Shown one piece after another: positions 58,501 through 64,000 of a stretch of DNA of 64,000 nucleotides (position 1 is the stretch's first letter; each line of letters starts with the position of its first letter). Both the position numbers and the translations under genes were made by a program. Below the pieces are notes generated by a model, which was not told the DNA's origin, did not search any database, and worked only from the letters and a program-made list of their open reading frames with translations. Source of the stretch: Auanema rhodensis (Eukaryota > Animalia > Nematoda); contig OZ059896.1 of NCBI GenBank assembly GCA_964057225.1, forward strand, positions 3,782,001-3,846,000. The letters run 5' to 3'.

Positions 58501-61006
58501 ATCGTTTTTGCCTTGAAAAAAGGAATCTAAAAACATCTACTTTTTGCGAAATTATTTTGAAATTTTTCGAAAAAATTTTTGTCAAAATGTTTTTGGAAGC
58601 AATTTTGAGTGTACATGGAAACTCAACATACACTAATGCATCATTTTTCAAACGATCATAACTTATTTTTGTATTAAGCGTTTCTCAATGTAGTATAGTG
58701 CATTCGATGCGGATTTTTAAGCTGCGTCGATCTGTACTATCAGATTTGCGCTAGCTTGAAAATGCACCGAGATATCAACTGATATAAGTTCACACTTATA
58801 TCCTCGATTTTCACCCTGAAGAATTAATTTTTTCGTTGAATAACATTGTCCATCGTTTTTGCCTCGAAAAAAGGAATCTAAAAACATCTACTTTTCGCTA
58901 AATTATTTCGAAATTTTTCGAAAAAATTTTTGTCAAAATGTTTTTGGAAGCAATTTTGAGTGTACATGGAAACTCAACATACACTAATGCATCATTTTCC
59001 AAACGATCATAACTAATTTTTGTATTAAGCGTTTCTCAATGTAGTATAGTGCATTCGATGCGGATTTTTAAGCTGCGTCGATCTGTGTTATCAGATTTGC
59101 GTTAGCTTGAAAATGCACCGAGATATCAACTGATATAAGTTCACACTTATATCCTCGATTTTCACCCTGAAGAATTAATTTTTTCGTTGAATAACATTGT
59201 CCATCGTTTTTGCCTCGAAAAAAGGAATCTAAAAACATCTACTTTTCGCTAAATTATTTCGAAATTTTTCGAAAAAATTTTTGTCAAAATGTTTTTGGAA
59301 GCAATTTTGAGTGTACATGGAAACTCAACATACACTAATGCATCATTTTCCAAACGATCATAACTAATTTTTGTATTAAGCGTTTCTCAATGTAGTATAG
59401 TGCATTCGATGCGGATTTTTAAGCTGCGTCGATCTGTGTTATCAGATTTGCGCTAGCTTGAAAATGCACCGAGATATCAACTGATATAAGTTCACACTTA
59501 TATCCTCGATTTTCACCCTGAAGAATTAATTTTTTCGTTGAATAACATTGTCCATCGTTTTTGCCTCGAAAAAAGGAATCTAAAAACATCTACTTTTCGC
59601 TAAATTATTTCGAAATTTTTCGAAAAAATTTTTGTCAAAATGTTTTTGGAAGCAATTTTGAGTGTACATGGAAACTCAACATACACTAATGCATCATTTT
59701 CCAAACGATCATAACTAATTTTTGTGATGAGCGTTTCTCCATGTAGTATAATGCATTCGATGCGGATTTTTAAGCTGCGTCGATCTGTGTTATCAGATTT
59801 GCGCTAGCTTAAAAATGCACCGAGATATCAACTGATATAAGTTCACACTTATATCCTCGATTTTCACCCTGAAGAATTAATTTTTTCGTTGAATAACATT
59901 GTCCATCGTTTTTGCCTTGAAAAAAGGAATCTAAAAACATCTACTTTTTGCTAAATTATTTTGAAATTTTTCGAAAAAATTTTTGTCAAAATGTTTTTGG
60001 AAGCAATTTTGAGTGTACATGGAAACTCAACATACACTAATGCATCATTTTTCAAACGATCATAACTAATTTTTGTATTAAGCGTTTCTCAATGTAGTAT
60101 AGTGCATTCGATGCGGACTTTTAAGCTGCGTCGATCTGTGTTATCAGATTTCCGCTAGCTTAAAAATGCACCGAGATATCAACTGATATAAGTTCACAAT
60201 TATATCCTCGATTTTCACCCTGAAGAATTAATTTTTTCGTTGGATAACATTGTCCATCGTTTTTGCCTCAAAAAAAGGAATCTAAAAACATCTACTTTTT
60301 GCGAAATTATTTTGAAATTTTTCGAAAAAATTTTGTCAATATAAGTTCACACTTATATCCTCGATTTTCACCCTGAAGAATTAATTTTTTCGTTGAATAA
60401 CATTGTCCATCGTTTTTGCCTCGAAAAAAGGAATCTAGAAACACCTACTTTTCGCTAAATTATTTTGAAATTTTTCGAAAAAATTTTTGTCAAAATGTTT
60501 TTGGAAGCAATTTTGAGTGTACATGGAAACGCAACCTACACTAATGCATCATTTTTCAAACGATCATAACTAATTTTTGTATTAAGCTTTTCTTAATGTA
60601 GTATAGTGCATTCGATGCGGACTTTTAAGCTGCGTCGATCTGTGTTATCAGATTTGCGCTAGCTCAAAAATGCACCGAGATATCAACTGATATAAGTTCA
60701 CACTTATATCCTCGATTTTCACCCTGAAGAATTAATTTTTTCGTTGAATAACAATGTCCATCGTCTTTGTCTTGAAAAAAGAAATCTAAAAACATCTACT
60801 TTTTGTGAAATTATTTTGTAATTTTTCGGGAAACTTTTTGTCAAAATGTTTTTGGAAGCAATGTTGAGTGTACATGGAAACTCAACATACACTAATGCAT
60901 CATTTTTCAAACGATCATAACTAATTTTTGTATTGAGCGTTTCTCCATGTAGTATAGTGCATTCGATGCGGATTTTTAAGCTGCGTCGATCTGTGTTATC
61001 AGATTT
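22529..61006. repeat. 351-bp tandem satellite array, about 110 monomers
   Basis: GCGTTTCTCAATG at 22529, 22880, 26039 (period 351). Small indels near 26277, 36510 and 57505, and one truncated 153-bp unit at 60187-60339. Similarity ends at ...ATCAGATTT (61006). Confidence 0.99.
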
Positions 61007-61028
61007 ACTTCAACTTCTAATCAACAAC
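61005..61028 (+). repeat. Left arm of 24-bp perfect inverted repeat (TTACTTCAACTTCTAATCAACAAC)
   Basis: Exact reverse complement at 61573-61596 and again at 63422-63445. Confidence 0.92.
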
Positions 61029-61033
61029 CCAAC

Positions 61034-61049
61034 GGCCCTCTTTAGGGCC
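61034..61049 (+). promoter_or_regulatory. Replication-dependent histone mRNA 3' stem-loop (histone3/SLBP site), orphaned
   Basis: CCCAAC-GGCCCT-CTTT-AGGGCC-ACA: 6-bp stem, 4-nt loop, A/C-rich 5' flank and ACA 3' flank. C at loop position 1 is the form known from C. elegans. A histone H4 fragment lies 435 bp downstream. Confidence 0.9.
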
Positions 61050-61435
61050 ACATTTAAATTTGATGTATTCATAATGATTTATAATATAATACTGTGTCTG
61101 TCTTGTCTTTTTTTGCTATGTAATGATAATTGATATGATATGTTTCGCTGTTATGTAAAGGAGAATCCCTATCTTTGATACTCCATATCCATCTCTATTT
61201 TTTTTTATGAATTTCATTAATTATGCTTTCATGTTGATAACAACAACAGTGATCATATCTAATGCCTCACATGTTTCTATTCCACGTTTGTTCGCAAATA
61301 AACAGTTGTTTATGTTATTCTTATCGTTTATATAAAATTTAAATATACATTTCTAGAATTTCTAGCAAAATTAAGCGCCAATATGCTTGGTGGCGATTAC
61401 AATGGGTTTTTGCGCGGTGACCTCTACAGCACTAG

Positions 61436-61442
61436 TATATAA
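61436..61442 (+). promoter_or_regulatory. Possible TATA box of the remnant H4 promoter
   Basis: TATATAA ends about 42 bp before the H4-like ATG. It is TATAGAA in copy 2. The AT-rich context makes this weak. Confidence 0.3.
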
Positions 61443-61484
61443 CGGAGATGCTAGGGTTACTATTCAACACACAGCTTGATCAGC

Positions 61485-61529
61485 ATGTCTGAACGTGGTA
61501 AAGGAGGAAAAGGTCTTGAATTTATATGA
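61485..61529 (+). pseudogene. H4: Truncated histone H4 N-terminal fragment (MSERGKGGKGLEFI*)
   Basis: ATG TCT GAA CGT GGT AAA GGA GGA AAA GGT CTT GAA versus H4 MSGRGKGGKGLG: 10/12 residues identical, both differences explainable as GGA>GAA. GKGL distinguishes H4 from H2A. Unrelated sequence and a stop follow. Confidence 0.85.
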
Positions 61530-61572
61530 TTGAATAATAAAATAGTGATTGACTTATCTGTGCTATGTGCTT

Positions 61573-61596
61573 GTTGTTGATTAGAAGTTGAAGTAA
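61573..61596 (-). repeat. Right arm of the 24-bp inverted repeat (in direct-repeat copy 1)
   Basis: GTTGTTGATTAGAAGTTGAAGTAA is the reverse complement of 61005-61028. Confidence 0.92.
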
Positions 61597-61870
61597 TTGA
61601 TTGGTAGTTGAAGCTGACTACAACCGCTCTTTCTTTTTTTTAAAATGATATGATTGTTTAGATTTTCATTGCTTGCTTATGCTATTTTGAAAATTTGAAT
61701 ATTCTTAGTGTTGTATTTTTTTTAATTTTTATTTTTTCTCTTTTTTTTTTCATATTTATACTTATATATATAAATATAATGTATATATTGAGAGATTTAG
61801 CTAACTAGTTAATATATTAGCATTTGTACAGTTCGGCTTTCATTGACTTTAGGAATGTGGGCGTGGTTTA

Positions 61871-62104
61871 TTTACTCTAGTATACTCTATACATCTCCTG
61901 ATAATTGTTTGATCTTATTTATATTTGTTGAAAATTCTTCACATTTTCTTATTGAAAGTGCTTCTTGATATTTCTTCTTTGCTTTTATTATTTGATTTTA
62001 CAATGACTTGATATAACTTTCTTTTGTATCCTGTTCATGGAATGAATAATTATATACTGTAGTATAATTTGTACATCTCTTGATAATTGTTTGTTCTTAT
62101 TTGT
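61871..62104 (-). repeat. ~184-bp tandem repeat family, reverse orientation, about 1.3 units
   Basis: The reverse complement contains TCCATGAACAGGATAC, TATCAAGAAGCA, AATTATCAAGAGATGTACAAATTATACT and TATACTAGAGTAAA, as in 62105-63134. Confidence 0.9.
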
Positions 62105-63134
62105 TATCCATGAACAGGATACGAAAGAAAGTTATAACAAGTCATTGAAAAATTAAGTATTAAAAACAAAAAAAAAGTATCAAGAAGCATTTTCAGTAAG
62201 AAAACATGAAGAAATTTTAACAAATACAAATAACAATGAGAAAATTATCAAGAGATGCATAACGTATTATAGAGTATCAGTAAACATTTAAAATATGAAC
62301 AGGTTTCAAAAAAAGTAATATCAATTCATGGGAAAGTATTAAAAGCAGAGAAGAAGTATCAAGAAGGATTTTCAGTAAGAAAACATGAAGAAATTTTAAC
62401 AAATACAAAGAAGAATGAGAAAATTATCAAGAGATATATAACGTACTATAGAGTATCAGTAAACATTTTAAATATGAACAGGTTTCAAAAAAAGTTATAA
62501 CAAGTCATGGTAAAATCAAGTTTTAAAAGCAAAGAAGAAGTATCAAGAAGGATTTTCAGCAAGAAAACATGAAGAAATTTTAACAAATACAAAGAAGAAT
62601 GAGAAAATTATCGAAAGATGTACAAATTATACTAGAGTATCCGTAAACATTTAAAATATGAACAGGTTTCAACAAAAGTAATATCAAGTCATGATAAAAT
62701 CAAGTATTAAAAACAAAAAAAAAGTATCAAGAAGCATTTTCAGTAAGAAAACAGGAAGAAATTTTAACAAATACAAAACAGAATGACAAAATTATCGAAA
62801 GATGTACAAAGTATACTAGAGTATCAGTAAACATTTAAAATATGAACAGGTTTCAACAAAAGTAAAATCAAGTCATGATAAAATCAAGTATTAAAAACAA
62901 AAAAAAAGTATCAAGAAGCATTTTCAGTAAGAAAACAGGAAGAAATTTTAACAAATACAAAAAAGAATGAGAAAATTATCAAGAGATGTACAAAATATAC
63001 TAGAGTAAAATATTATTTATTCCATGAACATGATACGAAAGAAAGTTATAACAAGTCATGGTAAAATCAAGTATTAAAAACAAAAAAAAGTATCAAGAAG
63101 CATATTCAGTAGGAAAACATGAAGAAATTTTAAC
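62105..63134 (+). repeat. ~184-bp A-rich diverged tandem repeat, about 5.6 units
   Basis: ATGAACA anchor at 62110, 62295, 62474, 62658, 62842 and 63024 (periods 185, 179, 184, 184, 182). Many substitutions and indels between units. Confidence 0.95.
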
Positions 63135-63333
63135 TTTGTTCGCAAATAAACAGTTGTTTATGTTATTCTTATCGTTTATATAAAATTTAAATATACATTT
63201 CTAGAATTGAGCGGCAAAATTAAGCGCCAATATGCTTGGTGGCGATTACAATGGGTTTTTGCGCGGTGACCTCTACAGCACTAGTATAGAACGGAGATGC
63301 TAGGGTTACTATTCAACACACAGCTTGATCAGC

Positions 63334-63378
63334 ATGTCTGAACGTGGTAAAGGAGGAAAAGGTCTTGAACTTATATGA
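63334..63378 (+). pseudogene. H4: Truncated histone H4 N-terminal fragment, copy 2 (MSERGKGGKGLELI*)
   Basis: Same 12 H4-like codons and the same G>E changes as 61485-61520. Confidence 0.85.
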
Positions 63379-63421
63379 TTGAATAATAAAATAGTGATTG
63401 ACTTATCTGTGCTATGTGCTT

Positions 63422-63445
63422 GTTGTTGATTAGAAGTTGAAGTAA
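63422..63445 (-). repeat. Second right-arm copy of the 24-bp inverted repeat
   Basis: GTTGTTGATTAGAAGTTGAAGTAA. Confidence 0.9.
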
Positions 63446-63706
63446 TGATGCTGACTACAACCGCTCTTTCTTTTTTTTAAAATGATATGATTGTTTAGAT
63501 TTTCATTGCTTGCTTATGCTATTTTGAAAATTTGAATATTCTTAGTGTTGTATTTTTTTAAATTTTTATTTTTTCTCTTTTTTTTTCATATTTATACTTA
63601 TATATATAAATATAATGTATATATTGAGAGATTTAGCTAACTAGTTAATATATTAGCATTTGTACAGTTCGGCTTTCATTGACGTTAGGAATGTGGGCGT
63701 GGTTTA

Positions 63707-64000
63707 TTTACTCTAGTATACTCTATACATCTCCTGATAATTGTTTGATCTTATTTATATTTCTTGAAAATTCTTCACATTTTCTTATTGAAAGTGCTTC
63801 TTGATATTTCTTATTTGCTTTTATTATTTGATTTTACAATGACTTGATATAACTTTCTTTTGTATCCTGTTCATGGAATGAATAATTATATACTGTAGTA
63901 TAATTTGTACATCTCTTGATAATTGTTTGTTCTTATTTGTATTTGTAGAAATTTTCCAACACAAAATGCTTCTTAACACTTTTTCTTTGTTTTTAATACT
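63707..64000 (-). repeat. ~184-bp tandem repeat family, reverse orientation, runs off the right edge
   Basis: Starts TTTACTCTAGTATA as at 61871. Continues past the point where copy 1 flips orientation (TATTTGTAGAAATTTT...TGCTTCTT...TTGTTTTTAATACT). Confidence 0.9.

Larger units (their letters stand above)
61287..62104 (+). repeat. ~0.8-kb direct repeat, copy 1 (H4 upstream region, H4 5' fragment, AT-rich tract, start of reverse ~184-bp repeat)
   Basis: Starts TTTGTTCGCAAATAAACAG and ends TTCTTATTTGT. Near-identical to 63135-63940 (offset 1848 at the start). Confidence 0.95.
63135..63940 (+). repeat. ~0.8-kb direct repeat, copy 2
   Basis: Near-identical to 61287-62104, with two complex indels and scattered substitutions. 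Confidence 0.95.

Noticed and set aside
50037-60910. Five 63-aa minus-strand ORFs (MKNDALVY...)
   Set aside because: Same satellite segment read on the other strand, open only in monomers where variants remove stops.
1-61006. CRISPR-like array
   Set aside because: No unique spacers. Whole units repeat, and there are no cas genes.
60933-61133. 66-aa ORF
   Set aside because: TTG start, and a chimera of satellite, inverted-repeat arm and histone 3' flank.
61452-61459. TAGGGTTA telomere-like word
   Set aside because: A single 8-nt match with no tandem telomeric repeats.
61857-61867. GC-box-like GGGCGTGG
   Set aside because: Isolated short motif with no associated gene.

Overview
Eukaryotic, AT-rich repetitive DNA with no intact gene. 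Bases 1-22528 are 128 in-phase copies of a 176-bp satellite with no net indels. At 22528/22529 this joins directly to about 110 copies of a 351-bp satellite (to 61006). The last 3 kb is a mosaic: a nematode-type histone mRNA 3' stem-loop, a 24-bp perfect inverted repeat, two copies of a ~0.8-kb direct repeat each carrying a truncated histone H4 5' end, and a third (~184-bp) tandem repeat in both orientations forming a foldback. The stem-loop sequence suggests a nematode source (inference). All supplied ORFs are artefacts of satellite sequence. The best candidates for something undescribed are the inverted-repeat-bounded histone-cluster fragment, the foldback repeat, and the phased E-box/dyad content of the satellites. 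None is demonstrated as functional from sequence alone.
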